In this document: piece by piece, positions 1-10,078 of the stretch
Position numbering within the stretch: position 1 is the stretch's first letter
Layout: each line of letters starts with the position of its first letter
NCBI GenBank assembly: GCA_017404935.1
Contig: JAFRBI010000006.1
Coordinates: forward strand, 32,379-96,378
Direction of reading: 5' to 3'
DNA length: 64,000 nt
From: Candidatus Saccharimonadota bacterium
GTDB lineage: Bacteria > Patescibacteriota > Saccharimonadia > Saccharimonadales > Saccharimonadaceae
Made by a program: the position numbers and the translations under genes
The notes under the pieces: generated by a model
Database searches by the model: none
The model's input: the letters and a program-made list of their open reading frames with translations, nothing else
Told to the model about the DNA's origin: nothing

Positions 1-873
1 AAACTAAAATTGGCAGCACAAGACGAAACTGCAGCGCAAATTATCAAGGCTCTTTCTATTAAGATTACTGAGGCCGTTATGAAAAAAGAAATTTTAACCA
101 AAGTAGGCTCGCTCACATCTTATCTCACCAATACTTTTGCTTCCGCTTTTCATGTAGATGAATCGGCGATTGTGGGTGCGTTTAAATTGAACTTTACAGA
201 AGAAGAGCTTTCACGCGTAGTCCAAGCGATGTTTACTAAAAAACAATCGACACTTTCTACTAATTTGGCTTTGATGGGGTATCAGCCGCTAGACGATCCA
301 AGGCAAATTTCGTTTTATTTTAGTTCTTTTGATGGAAAAACTAACTTTATAAAGTTTCTAGATGATTATAATGAAAAAATGAAAACTTTAAAACAGGATG
401 ACAAAGTAATCGATTATACTGATACGACTGGGGTTTTAATGTCTTCGGTTAAGGCAATTGTAGATGCGGTTTCATATGTTTTGATTGCGTTTGTGTCGAT
501 TTCACTCATTGTCAGCTCAATCATGATTGGAATTATTACTTATATTTCGGTATATGAGAGAACTAAGGAAATTGGAATTCTACGTGCTATTGGTGCATCT
601 AAACGAAATATTTCTAATATCTTTAATGCGGAGACATTTATCGTGGGGCTTTTATCTGGTCTTTTTGGAATTGGTATTACTTATCTACTTATTCCGATTA
701 TTAACGCGATTTTACATTCATTCATCGGCGACATTCCTTTGTATGCCGAGCTTCAGCCGATTTCGGCAGTAATTTTGATTATACTTTCAGTGATTTTGAC
801 GTTGATTGGTGGGTTAATTCCAGCTAAAGCCGCATCTAAAAAAGACCCAGTAGAAGCTTTGAGAAGCGAGTAG
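1..873 (+). CDS. ABC transporter permease (FtsX/MacB-like), C-terminal part; truncated by window start
   Basis: Frame open from base 1; motif SVYERTKEIGILRAIGASKRNI plus 4 TM helices typical of FtsX-family permeases. Confidence 0.9.
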   Translation, partial: KLKLAAQDETAAQIIKALSIKITEAVMKKEILTKVGSLTSYLTNTFASAFHVDESAIVGAFKLNFTEEELSRVVQAMFTKKQSTLSTNLALMGYQPLDDPRQISFYFSSFDGKTNFIKFLDDYNEKMKTLKQDDKVIDYTDTTGVLMSSVKAIVDAVSYVLIAFVSISLIVSSIMIGIITYISVYERTKEIGILRAIGASKRNISNIFNAETFIVGLLSGLFGIGITYLLIPIINAILHSFIGDIPLYAELQPISAVILIILSVILTLIGGLIPAKAASKKDPVEALRSE

Positions 874-951
874 TCTGTGTTATAATTTTGATAGAGTTTT
901 GAGTTTTTGAGTTGGTGGATCTTAAACCTGCTGGCAATTTAAGAAAGGAGA

Positions 952-2436
952 GTGTTTTTTATGACGCTTCGTACCGAACTTGAAAATTGGGAAGTTGAGG
1001 AGATACGCGACATCAAAGGTTTGGAGTTTTCGGTAGCTTTGAAATTTGCAACCGAGAATTATCGGCACAGAAAAGATGTCTATATCTTTCCACTGGCTTC
1101 TGAAACTAAGGAAAATGAAATCTGGCAGGTCGGTAATAATGAGTTCGTAATTTTCAATAATCCCGAGCTTTGCCATATTTTGATTTCTGATAATGGCATT
1201 CAGACGCTTTTTAGAACACCCGCTATAAGGCCTGGAAGTATTTTTGGCAATAATGGCAAGAAGTTTTTTCTTTTTGAGGACAGTTCCTACACTACCCATA
1301 TTTATTCTGTATCTGATAGGGATGAACTCCTTAATCTTGTCCGTGAAATCATTGATCCGGCTGCAAATGTGTCAATTGAGGATGCTCCGCATTCTTTAAT
1401 AATTCTAGTCGAATTGCATGGGCTTAGCCATCGTTTCCCATTAGATTTATTACTGGAAAATGAAAGCAACTTGGAATGTGGTCTCGGTGCAGACTTCATC
1501 TATAAAGCACAGACGAGATGTAGAGAATTTAAAATCGCAGAATACTATGAGAAATGTGGCGGGTATTATATAGGTAATAGCTCTGTGGCAGTACAAGGAA
1601 TCTTTACGGAAAATGATGGCCAGTACGAATTCCATCCGGATGACTTTTTCAAAAATGTCGCTATTGGAAAGTTACTGGCAGCTAACAATTTAGTGCCGGG
1701 ACTGCCTGCTGATGCTTGCCCCTTCTTTAGAAAAGGAGTTGATGACGAAGATTATTTTATCGATCTATCAAACGAGGTTCTAATCATAGAGGATAAGAAA
1801 AATGCCAAGACTTGCGGGCTGGAGATGTACGGCGAACGCTGTGTTGGGGTTATGCGCACGGGAGAAAACGAATTTTTAGCCCTAACTGAGCCGCCCTCGA
1901 GTGGGCGTTTTGTGGACTCCCCGACTAGGCTTAGGCGATTCGTACGCAATACAGCCGGAAAGTTTCTTTGGGATGTGGATTCTTATGGTTTAAACTCTCG
2001 CGCTGTAGTTAGGCCCGATCGTTGTCAGCTAGATGACGACACCATTGTTTTTACTACGGAGCAAGACTACAATGTCTATTCTTCATTTGAAATGTGGTCA
2101 ATCTCTAAGAATCGCCTGGCTGGGCCAATCGACGGCTTTGACGCTATCAAAAAGGCTACTAAAGAACCCTACGTTTCTCACACAGAGCGGCAGATTATGG
2201 TGAAATATCGTAATCACCCACAATGGAAAGCTTTGCCGATGATTGTGGTGAGGATTTATGCGCCTAGGGAATACTGCGATATTTTCGCGCTAATTGATCC
2301 ACGCAAGAAATACCGAGTATATGGCAAAGTTTATAACATGTTGGCTGATAGCATGGTAGAAGGTCCAAAAACTGCACACGGTTTGGTTAAAATGTTTGAA
2401 AACAACCGTGGGCTAAAACTCAAATACTCTCTGTAG
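952..2436 (+). CDS. hypothetical protein (494 aa)
   Basis: Long ORF with AAGGAG RBS upstream; no family motif recognised. Confidence 0.75.
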   Translation: MFFMTLRTELENWEVEEIRDIKGLEFSVALKFATENYRHRKDVYIFPLASETKENEIWQVGNNEFVIFNNPELCHILISDNGIQTLFRTPAIRPGSIFGNNGKKFFLFEDSSYTTHIYSVSDRDELLNLVREIIDPAANVSIEDAPHSLIILVELHGLSHRFPLDLLLENESNLECGLGADFIYKAQTRCREFKIAEYYEKCGGYYIGNSSVAVQGIFTENDGQYEFHPDDFFKNVAIGKLLAANNLVPGLPADACPFFRKGVDDEDYFIDLSNEVLIIEDKKNAKTCGLEMYGERCVGVMRTGENEFLALTEPPSSGRFVDSPTRLRRFVRNTAGKFLWDVDSYGLNSRAVVRPDRCQLDDDTIVFTTEQDYNVYSSFEMWSISKNRLAGPIDGFDAIKKATKEPYVSHTERQIMVKYRNHPQWKALPMIVVRIYAPREYCDIFALIDPRKKYRVYGKVYNMLADSMVEGPKTAHGLVKMFENNRGLKLKYSL

Positions 2437-2442
2437 TACCTT

Positions 2443-2472
2443 AAAAACGGTCGCTTAACGCGGCCGTTTTTT
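2443..2472 (+). terminator. bidirectional intrinsic terminator between ORF and tRNA
   Basis: aaaaacggtcgc-ttaac-gcggccgtttttt hairpin with A-run and T-run. Confidence 0.8.
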
Positions 2473-2487
2473 ATTGCTAACTCGATG

Positions 2488-2562
2488 TGGCTGGGGATGA
2501 GGGATTCGAACCCCCGAATGCTGGGACCAGAACCCAGTGCCTTACCACTTGGCGAATCCCCA
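2488..2562 (-). tRNA. tRNA-Gln (anticodon CTG)
   Basis: Reverse complement TGGGGATTCGCCAAGTGGTAAGGCACTGGGTTCTGGTCCCAGCATTCGGGGGTTCGAATCCCTCATCCCCAGCCA: cloverleaf, TTCGAAT T-loop, encoded CCA. Confidence 0.97.
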
Positions 2563-2622
2563 ACATTACGTTAGCTCCCCTATATTTTACCATAAATTTT
2601 AAAAAAATGCTATAATGAAGCT

Positions 2623-3582
2623 ATGGCTAAAAAAACCTTTACCAAAAAAGAACTAGAGACGCTTTCGGCTGGCGAGATTAACCGCAAAATTATTTATGAG
2701 AATTATTCGCTTCTAAAAACTCTCGGGGCAGAAGATTTAAGAAAAGAAATGGTGCCGGTAGGCAAAGTTTGCAAAACCGCTGTTGGATATTTTATTAATT
2801 CTACCGGGCCTAAAAATAATTACGAAAAGCACTGCAAAAATGCTCGCAAAAAGCTCGTAAAGGTTTTGTCTAAAATTGCGCCTGGTGAATATGAAGGTTT
2901 TCCTAAAGATACCAAAAATGGCTTGGTAGTCGGCTTTAATCACCCTTCACTTGGCGAAATCGGTCGTATTATGATGATGAAAGTAGATGTAATGGGCGAA
3001 TCGACGATGCTTTTCCCGGTAAATTTGCCTTGGTATGAGGCCTTAGCGCCTTTTTATGACAAGATCAAGATGCTTGGAATTATCATCACCCCTACCATCA
3101 CGCCTTCTACTTGGAACAAAATGAAACTTAAAAAAGGCACATTCTTGTATGATGCAGGCGATCGCATTAAACATGAATTTAAAGATATGTACACTAATCT
3201 TTCCCACGAAACTATCAAAAATGGTGGCGTAATCTTTGTGGCGCCTTCTGCTACAAGGCAACAAACCGTATTTAAGTCTAAAGCGGTCTACGACAAGGAA
3301 GAACCAATTATTCCAACAATGTCGGTTTTAGCGCTTAGGCTTTACCAAGACCCAGAAATGAATTGTGATTTTCTGCCAATGGCAGTTTTGCCGCCAAATG
3401 GCTATAAAAAAGGTCTTAATATGCGCAAAAAATACAAATTAATTCCTGGTAAACCGATGACTGCTGATTATATCAAAGAAAAATATTTTAAAGATGGCAA
3501 GATGCCAGAAAAAATTCCGGAATTTGACTGGGAATTCCACCAAAGAATCGCTGATGAACTTCCTAAATCTTTCTGGTACTAA
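2623..3582 (+). CDS. putative lysophospholipid/glycerophosphate acyltransferase (PlsC-like)
   Basis: NHPSLGE resembles the NHxxxxD block I; GGVIFVAPSATR resembles the FPEGTR block III; both degenerate. Confidence 0.55.
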   Translation: MAKKTFTKKELETLSAGEINRKIIYENYSLLKTLGAEDLRKEMVPVGKVCKTAVGYFINSTGPKNNYEKHCKNARKKLVKVLSKIAPGEYEGFPKDTKNGLVVGFNHPSLGEIGRIMMMKVDVMGESTMLFPVNLPWYEALAPFYDKIKMLGIIITPTITPSTWNKMKLKKGTFLYDAGDRIKHEFKDMYTNLSHETIKNGGVIFVAPSATRQQTVFKSKAVYDKEEPIIPTMSVLALRLYQDPEMNCDFLPMAVLPPNGYKKGLNMRKKYKLIPGKPMTADYIKEKYFKDGKMPEKIPEFDWEFHQRIADELPKSFWY

Positions 3583-3605
3583 TAATCTGTGATATAATCA
3601 TAAGC

Positions 3606-5354
3606 ATGAATGATGAAAATGATGGGTTTTTTTATCATCCGTTAGACAACATCGAGGATGCTGAAGTTTTTGAGACCGCAATAGACCGGAAAGTTTTTAA
3701 TCGTAAACTATCAGAAGAGCGTCCTTATACTTATTGGACTTTGGAGCTTTATGATCAAGATAATGGTATTCGCGGTGGTGGTGGTTTGGGCGTTCTGGCT
3801 GCCGATACTCGCCGTGTAGCAGAGCAGGTGAAAGTGCCTTTTGTTTTAGTAACGCCGTTTTATCCATACGAGGCGCACCAAAAATGGCAAGATGGGAGGA
3901 TTATCGACGAACATATACCGGTAGATTATTATAATTATGGTTTCTCTAAAGTTGGTGATGCTTCGGTGAAGTGTTGTGGTAATGACTGTAAACTAGAAGT
4001 AATAGAAAAAAGTTTTGAGTACACCAAAATTGTAGCAGTAACCGAACCGAACTTTGGTGAACTTTACTCTGGACTTTCTGGCTCTGATCACCGCCTTTAT
4101 CAAGAAGTTTGTCTTGGGTTTGGTGGTTACCAAGCGTTAAAAATGTTGGGTTTAAAGCCTGCAATTATGCAGCTAAATGAAGTCGCGACATTTTTTGCAG
4201 CGTTGGTGCGCTTAGATGAGCTAGCTTCAAATGGCATGGACTTTTACGAAGCGGTGGTTTATACCAGAAAACATACTTTATATACCAATCATACTTTAGT
4301 GCAAGCAGCAGAAGCCGAATTTTCTCTAGAGCAATTTGAGAATTTCGTTTTTCCAAATCTTAAATCTCGTCCGGTCAAAAAATGGCTTCACGATAAATTT
4401 GTAGATGGAAAAATCAAACTATCTTCTGTAACGATTGAAATTGCCGAGCTTAGGTCTGGTGTTTCTAAACTTCACGCAAGAGTGGCTAATTACCGTGATA
4501 TCGCTGGCGAACGCGTTAAATTCAAAGCCATCACTAACGGTATCGATATGAAAAAATGGGTAATGCCAGACATTATGAAATTTTATCATAATGAAAATAT
4601 TTTGGATGAGTTTGATATGCCAACGCCAAATTTTGTAGATAATTTGCCGGCTCTTACATCTGATATGATTTTAAGTTTTAAAGAAATTGGACGAGGAATC
4701 TTAAATCAAGAACTTTCAAAAAGACCGGACCAAAATGGCACTATTTTGAAGTTTGAAGAGGGTGAGACAATTTTCGTATTTAAGCGCAGGTTTGTAGATT
4801 ATAAGCGACCGCAACTGCCATTTACAGACCCGGTGAGACTTCGGAATATTCTGGAGCCGAATGATGCGCATTATATTATCGCTGGGAGAGTTCACGCTGG
4901 TGATGAGAGGATGAGCAAGATACTTTCGGAAATTCTGGAAAAAGTAAACTCAGATGATTATCTAAAAACTCATGTGCATTATATCCCTGATTATGATGAA
5001 AAGCTAGCTTATGCGCTATCTGTAGGTTGCAATATTGCAATTAATGTGCCGATTGTGGGCTTGGAGGCTTGTGGCACTTCTTGGGAAAAAGATGTCGCAA
5101 ATTTAAATCTCTTAATTTCTACTCATGATGGTGGTGTGGCAGATGGCTCAACAGAAAGTTATCTTAATGTGCACGGAATGGGCGAAGATGAAGAAGTGCT
5201 AGAATTATATTCTAGAATGGAAGAAGCTGCCAACGCTTGGGAAAATAAATTCGATCTTGATATGATAATCAGAAAACAGCTCGCAGAATTTTTGCCGATA
5301 ATTTCTGGGACAAGAATGCTTTATGATTATTTAGATTATCTGCTTCCAGAATAA
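3606..5354 (+). CDS. glgP: alpha-glucan (glycogen/maltodextrin) phosphorylase, short form
   Basis: GGGGLGVLAAD, AITNG, FKRRFVDYKR and EACGTSWEK (PLP Lys) motifs. Confidence 0.9.
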   Translation: MNDENDGFFYHPLDNIEDAEVFETAIDRKVFNRKLSEERPYTYWTLELYDQDNGIRGGGGLGVLAADTRRVAEQVKVPFVLVTPFYPYEAHQKWQDGRIIDEHIPVDYYNYGFSKVGDASVKCCGNDCKLEVIEKSFEYTKIVAVTEPNFGELYSGLSGSDHRLYQEVCLGFGGYQALKMLGLKPAIMQLNEVATFFAALVRLDELASNGMDFYEAVVYTRKHTLYTNHTLVQAAEAEFSLEQFENFVFPNLKSRPVKKWLHDKFVDGKIKLSSVTIEIAELRSGVSKLHARVANYRDIAGERVKFKAITNGIDMKKWVMPDIMKFYHNENILDEFDMPTPNFVDNLPALTSDMILSFKEIGRGILNQELSKRPDQNGTILKFEEGETIFVFKRRFVDYKRPQLPFTDPVRLRNILEPNDAHYIIAGRVHAGDERMSKILSEILEKVNSDDYLKTHVHYIPDYDEKLAYALSVGCNIAINVPIVGLEACGTSWEKDVANLNLLISTHDGGVADGSTESYLNVHGMGEDEEVLELYSRMEEAANAWENKFDLDMIIRKQLAEFLPIISGTRMLYDYLDYLLPE

Positions 5355-5377
5355 TTTTGGTGTATAATATATAATAT

Positions 5378-6070
5378 ATGGACAAGAATTTTAAAGTTCG
5401 CGTGATTATTGGGCTTTCGATGTTTGTGGTAGCCTTAATTGGGCTTTATACTTTTGACTCAATTCCGTTCAAAGTTATCTTTACCTTCTTTTCGGTGATG
5501 TCTTTGATTGAGCTTTTGTCATTTTTCAAAAACAAGCATGCCCCGTTTAATGTGTTTCTGGCTTTATTTGAAATTTTACTTATCATTGGCGGCACGGCTT
5601 TTGTAATAAAAGTAGATTTAAATCATTTTTGGTATATTATTCTTGGGGTTCCGGGTTACGATATTTTTGCATATCTTTTTGGTAAGATGTGCGGTGGTAA
5701 AATTTTTAAAAAATCGCGTCCATTTCCATATATTTCTAAAAACAAAACTTGGGAGGGGACCTTCCTTGGGCTGCTCACGGCCACCACTTTCGTAATTATT
5801 AGAATATCTACTCAAAATGCTTTTGAAACCGACTGGATGTATCTTTTATGTGGTCCACTAGCTCTTACTGGTGATTTGATTGAAAGCTATCTCAAACGCA
5901 AGTTTGAAGTCAAAGATTCTAACGAAATCATTATTAAAAATAAATTCTTTAAATTTGTAGAGATGCTCGTAGGCGGCAGTGAAGGCCACGGCGGGTTTTT
6001 GGACCGCGTAGATTCTACTGTATTCACTGGTTCTGTGCTTTTGATTATTTTATTAATTTGCGGCCTTTAA
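5378..6070 (+). CDS. cdsA: phosphatidate cytidylyltransferase
   Basis: Hydrophobic; ISKNKTWEG, ESYLKR and GHGGFLDRVDS signatures. Confidence 0.93.
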   Translation: MDKNFKVRVIIGLSMFVVALIGLYTFDSIPFKVIFTFFSVMSLIELLSFFKNKHAPFNVFLALFEILLIIGGTAFVIKVDLNHFWYIILGVPGYDIFAYLFGKMCGGKIFKKSRPFPYISKNKTWEGTFLGLLTATTFVIIRISTQNAFETDWMYLLCGPLALTGDLIESYLKRKFEVKDSNEIIIKNKFFKFVEMLVGGSEGHGGFLDRVDSTVFTGSVLLIILLICGL

Positions 6071-6578
6071 ATAAGTAAACTACACCGGAGAGAACTGTCA
6101 AGATCACCACTATATATAATAGTATGGCGTTTATAATAGCTAGCGGTTCTAGATTTAAAATGCGGTTTAAAAGAATTAAAATTACCGTAATCATTTGAAC
6201 CGTGGTTTTTACTTTACCAAAAATGTTGGCTGGAATAATGGTATTTTTGCTGGCAGCCATCATGCGCATACCATCCACAGCAAAATCACGAATTAGAATT
6301 ACCCCAAACATCCAAACCGGCATTAAATTAAGTACCACTAGAGCAAGAAATGTGAGGTTTATAAGCATTTTGTCGGCTAATGGGTCTAAAAAACTCCCTA
6401 AGTCCGTGACTTGCTTATTTTTACGGGCAAGATGACCGTCTAATTTATCAGTGATCGACGCCAATGTAAAACATGTGATAACCGCAATTTGAGCCGGCAA
6501 ATTATCTATAAAAATCAAAATCATTACCGGGGCTACTAGGATAATTCTAATTATCGTTAAAATAGTGGGGAAATTCAT
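6045..6578 (-). CDS. pgsA: CDP-diacylglycerol--glycerol-3-phosphate 3-phosphatidyltransferase
   Basis: DKLDGHLARK...GSFLDPLADK CDP-alcohol phosphotransferase motif; start at MNFPTILT overlaps the upstream stop (ATGA). Confidence 0.93.
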   Translation of the reverse strand: MNFPTILTIIRIILVAPVMILIFIDNLPAQIAVITCFTLASITDKLDGHLARKNKQVTDLGSFLDPLADKMLINLTFLALVVLNLMPVWMFGVILIRDFAVDGMRMMAASKNTIIPANIFGKVKTTVQMITVILILLNRILNLEPLAIINAILLYIVVILTVLSGVVYLFKGRKLIK

Positions 6579-7006
6579 ACAATATCTCTTCTGTGTTCTA
6601 CTTTCCACGCACGGACTTTAGCGAATTTGGCAGCCAAGACATCGGTAGACCATTTGTCGCCAAGCATTACGGTTTCTGATGGTTTAATATTTAATTCTTC
6701 CATTTTGGCGGTAAGCTTAGTAGAAACAGGTTTTTTCGCCCACCATACACAATCAATACCTAGAGGTTCACAGAATTTTTGCATCATCTTTTTGCGACCA
6801 TTGTTTGAGATAATTACAATTTTGACGCCAGCGTCTTTTAGATCTGATACCCAGTCAGCGAGTTCGTCAGCTGGCTCTTTTTCGGAATGAAGCCTCAGGG
6901 TATTATCTAAGTCGCACAAAATGAGTTTAACATTTTCTTTTTTTAGAAGCTCCGGGGTAACGTCCTCAAAGCGTTCGAATTTTTTGTCTGCGTGAAAAAC
7001 GGTCAT
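6575..7006 (-). CDS. yqeG: YqeG-family HAD-IIIA phosphatase (candidate phosphatidylglycerophosphatase)
   Basis: DLDNTL, ISNN, AKKP and MLGDKWSTDVLAA HAD motifs. Confidence 0.85.
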   Translation of the reverse strand: MTVFHADKKFERFEDVTPELLKKENVKLILCDLDNTLRLHSEKEPADELADWVSDLKDAGVKIVIISNNGRKKMMQKFCEPLGIDCVWWAKKPVSTKLTAKMEELNIKPSETVMLGDKWSTDVLAAKFAKVRAWKVEHRRDIV

Positions 7007-7043
7007 GTATCTATTTTATCACATTATGATATAATTATCTTAT

Positions 7044-8033
7044 ATGTACGATAAATTTACAGAGTTTTTGAAAGATAAAAAATCTATTTGTATAATTCAG
7101 GCAGAGAATCCAGATGGCGACTCTCTAGGCTCGGCAATTGCACTGGATTATATTTTGAAGGACACTGAAAATTCTTTATATTGCCCGATTGACATACCTA
7201 AATACCTACATTATTTTCCAGATTGGTCGAGGGTATCGTCTGATTTTGATTTCAAGGCAGATGGATATATTATTGTGGATACTGCGGCAGAAGTATTACT
7301 TTCTAAATTGCTTGACGATACAGCAATCAAAAACCGTCTATACTCGGCCCCAGTGCTAGTAATAGATCATCACGAAACCGAAGACGATATCACCTTCCCA
7401 CACGAAAGCATTATAGAGGTCCGCCCAGCTGCAGCAGAAGTAGTATTTGAAATCGCCAAATCTTGTAATCTTGAGGTTGATAAGCCTGCCGCTGAAGCTT
7501 TGATGCAAGCCATTATGTCTGACACATTGGGCCTTACTAGCGTGGCAGTAAATGCGCGGACTTTTGAAATTATGGCAGAGCTGTCTAAGCTTGGCGCAAA
7601 TATTGGCGAACTAGAAGAAAACCGCCGCGAATATATGAAAAAATCGCAGAGAATTTTTGAATATAAGGCTGAGCTTATCAAACGTTCGGAATTCTATCTT
7701 GATGGGGTACTTGCTACGGTTTTGATTCCTTGGGAAGATATTGAAGAATATTCGGATGAATACAACCCGAATGTTTTAATTTTGGAAGAACTGAGAATGG
7801 TGGAAGGCGTAAAAGTCGCGGTGGCTGTCAAAACTTACCCAGATGGCAAAGTTACTGGCAAAATTCGCTGTTCTGGCGATGCCTCTATTGCGGATAAAAT
7901 TGCTGGTTATTTTGGCGGCGGCGGACATCCGTATGCGGCTGGATTTAGAACCTATGATACTAGCTACGAAGAAGTAATAAAAGATTTAATAAAAATAGTG
8001 CCACAACTTTTGGCAGAGGAGGAACATGCTTAA
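7044..8033 (+). CDS. DHH-family phosphoesterase (NrnA-like)
   Basis: PDGDSLGS, IVDT, IDHH, GGGGHPYAAG. Confidence 0.9.
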   Translation: MYDKFTEFLKDKKSICIIQAENPDGDSLGSAIALDYILKDTENSLYCPIDIPKYLHYFPDWSRVSSDFDFKADGYIIVDTAAEVLLSKLLDDTAIKNRLYSAPVLVIDHHETEDDITFPHESIIEVRPAAAEVVFEIAKSCNLEVDKPAAEALMQAIMSDTLGLTSVAVNARTFEIMAELSKLGANIGELEENRREYMKKSQRIFEYKAELIKRSEFYLDGVLATVLIPWEDIEEYSDEYNPNVLILEELRMVEGVKVAVAVKTYPDGKVTGKIRCSGDASIADKIAGYFGGGGHPYAAGFRTYDTSYEEVIKDLIKIVPQLLAEEEHA

Positions 8034-8751
8034 ACTTACCAAAACTTACGACCATTGCCAGTCAAAAAAACCAGAGCTGACCGTGGTATGCGTGCATGGG
8101 ATTGCAGATGATTCTTCACGGTTTGTTAAACCTCTTACATATCTTGAAGGGGCCACTTCACTCAAAAATGTCCGGTTTGTCTGTTTTGATCTGCTAGGAT
8201 CTGGCAAATCTACTTGTTCTGATAAGTTAAATTACGATTTCAAAGAACAGCTTGAGGCGCTAGAAAATTCTATCAACGCCTTAAAAACCAAAACTCCGTT
8301 GGTTTTAATGGGACATTCAATGGGTTGTTTGATTTCGGCACGGTTTGCCGATACTCACAAAAGAATGGTAAAAGAACTGATTTTGGTTTCGCCACCAGTA
8401 TTTAGGCCAGAGGAATTCGATAGTCCAAAAATGGCTGCCGGAAAAGAAGGTTTTAGGCAACTAATGATTCTGAAAGATTCTAAATACAAAAAAGATAAGG
8501 CTTTTAATAATGAGCTCGAAAAAATCGTCTTTAATAAACACAATTACAATGTCTATACTAGGCTAACTCGGCCAACCACTATAATATATGGTGCCACCGA
8601 TCAGATTATTGCAGGATACAACATCCCTGGCCTTGTTAAGTTAAATCCAAAAATTACCGCCATCAAAACTCCTGGCACACATGGGATTGGACATGATAAA
8701 TATCCAAAAATAGTGCCGATTTTAGAGAGGATTTTGAATGAAGTTGTATAA
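8026..8751 (+). CDS. alpha/beta hydrolase
   Basis: VHG, DLLGSG, GHSMG nucleophile elbow, C-terminal His. Confidence 0.88.
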   Translation: MLKLTKTYDHCQSKKPELTVVCVHGIADDSSRFVKPLTYLEGATSLKNVRFVCFDLLGSGKSTCSDKLNYDFKEQLEALENSINALKTKTPLVLMGHSMGCLISARFADTHKRMVKELILVSPPVFRPEEFDSPKMAAGKEGFRQLMILKDSKYKKDKAFNNELEKIVFNKHNYNVYTRLTRPTTIIYGATDQIIAGYNIPGLVKLNPKITAIKTPGTHGIGHDKYPKIVPILERILNEVV

Positions 8752-10078
8752 TACTCTCACCCGCAAAGTAGAAAATTTTAAACCAGCTGGTGATACAGTA
8801 AAAATTTATACTTGTGGCCCAACAGTTTATAATTTTCCGCATATTGGTAACTATGCAGCGTATGCTTACTGGGACCTTTTGGTGCGCTGCCTTAAATTAA
8901 ACGGCTACAACGTAAAACGTGTGCTTAATCTTACCGACGTGGGGCACCTTACTTCTGATGCAGATGATGGGGAAGATAAGCTAGAAAAAGGCGCGAGGTT
9001 AGAGGGTAAAACGCCGTTTGAAATTGCTGATTTTTATGCTAAGGTCTATCTCGATAATTACAAGAAGATGGAATTTTTGCCAGCAGATGTGATCGCTAGA
9101 GCTACCGACTATATCCCCGAAGATATGGAAGCGGTAGATTTGATGACTAAAAACGGCTACACTTATGAAACTCGTGACGGTGTGTATTTTGACACCGCTA
9201 AATTCCCAGAATATGCCGATTTTGCTAGGTTAGATTTGGAAGGACTTAAAGCCGGTGCTAGAGTTGGGTTTTCTTCCGAAAAACGTAATGTGTCAGACTT
9301 CGCCGTATGGAAGTTTATTCAGCCAGGTGAAAACCACGCGATGCGTTGGGACTATCTTGGCCGGCCAGGTTATCCAGGCTGGCATCTAGAATGTGCCACG
9401 ATTATTCATAAAGAGCTGGGTGAGTCGATTGATATTCATACTGGCGGGATTGATCATATTCCAATTCATCATACTAATGAAATCGCCGAAACTTACGCTG
9501 CTTACGGCACTAAGTTGTCTAGATTTTGGCTACACTGTGATTTTATTACGATAGATGGTCAAAAAATCTCTAAATCGCTAGGAAACACCTACACTTTGGA
9601 AGATTTAGAATCTCGTGGGTTTTCGCCGATGGATTATAAGATGTGGCTTTTATCTGGGCATTACCAGGGGACGCGAAATTTTACTTTTGAAAGTCTGGAG
9701 GCTGCTAAAAATCGGAGGGCTAACTGGCGCGAGAGAATTGCTCTTTGCTATCAAAAGCCGGTTGAAAGCGATGAAGGGAATTTTGCTAAAGTGTTAGAGG
9801 CCGTTAATAATAATCTTAATTCGGCTGAAGCGTGCGCGATTATTGATAACTGTGCCTTGTCACTTGATGATTGGCGGAAGATAGATGAGCTATTTGGACT
9901 GCGGTTAATTTCTGACACCCCTGATGTGTCTGACGAGGTTTATAATTTGATCCACGAAAGAGATGTGGCGAGAGCTAGCAAAGATTTTGCTATGTCTGAC
10001 AAAATTCGTGATGAACTCTTAAAGCAGGGAATCGCGCTATCAGACACGCCGGATGGGGCGATGTGGTATTATAATTAA
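8738..10078 (+). CDS. cysS: cysteine--tRNA ligase
   Basis: CGPTVY, HIGN, PGWHLEC, GGIDH, KISKSLGN. Confidence 0.97.
   Translation: MKLYNTLTRKVENFKPAGDTVKIYTCGPTVYNFPHIGNYAAYAYWDLLVRCLKLNGYNVKRVLNLTDVGHLTSDADDGEDKLEKGARLEGKTPFEIADFYAKVYLDNYKKMEFLPADVIARATDYIPEDMEAVDLMTKNGYTYETRDGVYFDTAKFPEYADFARLDLEGLKAGARVGFSSEKRNVSDFAVWKFIQPGENHAMRWDYLGRPGYPGWHLECATIIHKELGESIDIHTGGIDHIPIHHTNEIAETYAAYGTKLSRFWLHCDFITIDGQKISKSLGNTYTLEDLESRGFSPMDYKMWLLSGHYQGTRNFTFESLEAAKNRRANWRERIALCYQKPVESDEGNFAKVLEAVNNNLNSAEACAIIDNCALSLDDWRKIDELFGLRLISDTPDVSDEVYNLIHERDVARASKDFAMSDKIRDELLKQGIALSDTPDGAMWYYN

Noticed and set aside
874-2562. Integrated element at tRNA-Gln
   Set aside because: No duplicated tRNA 3' end (att) or integrase found.
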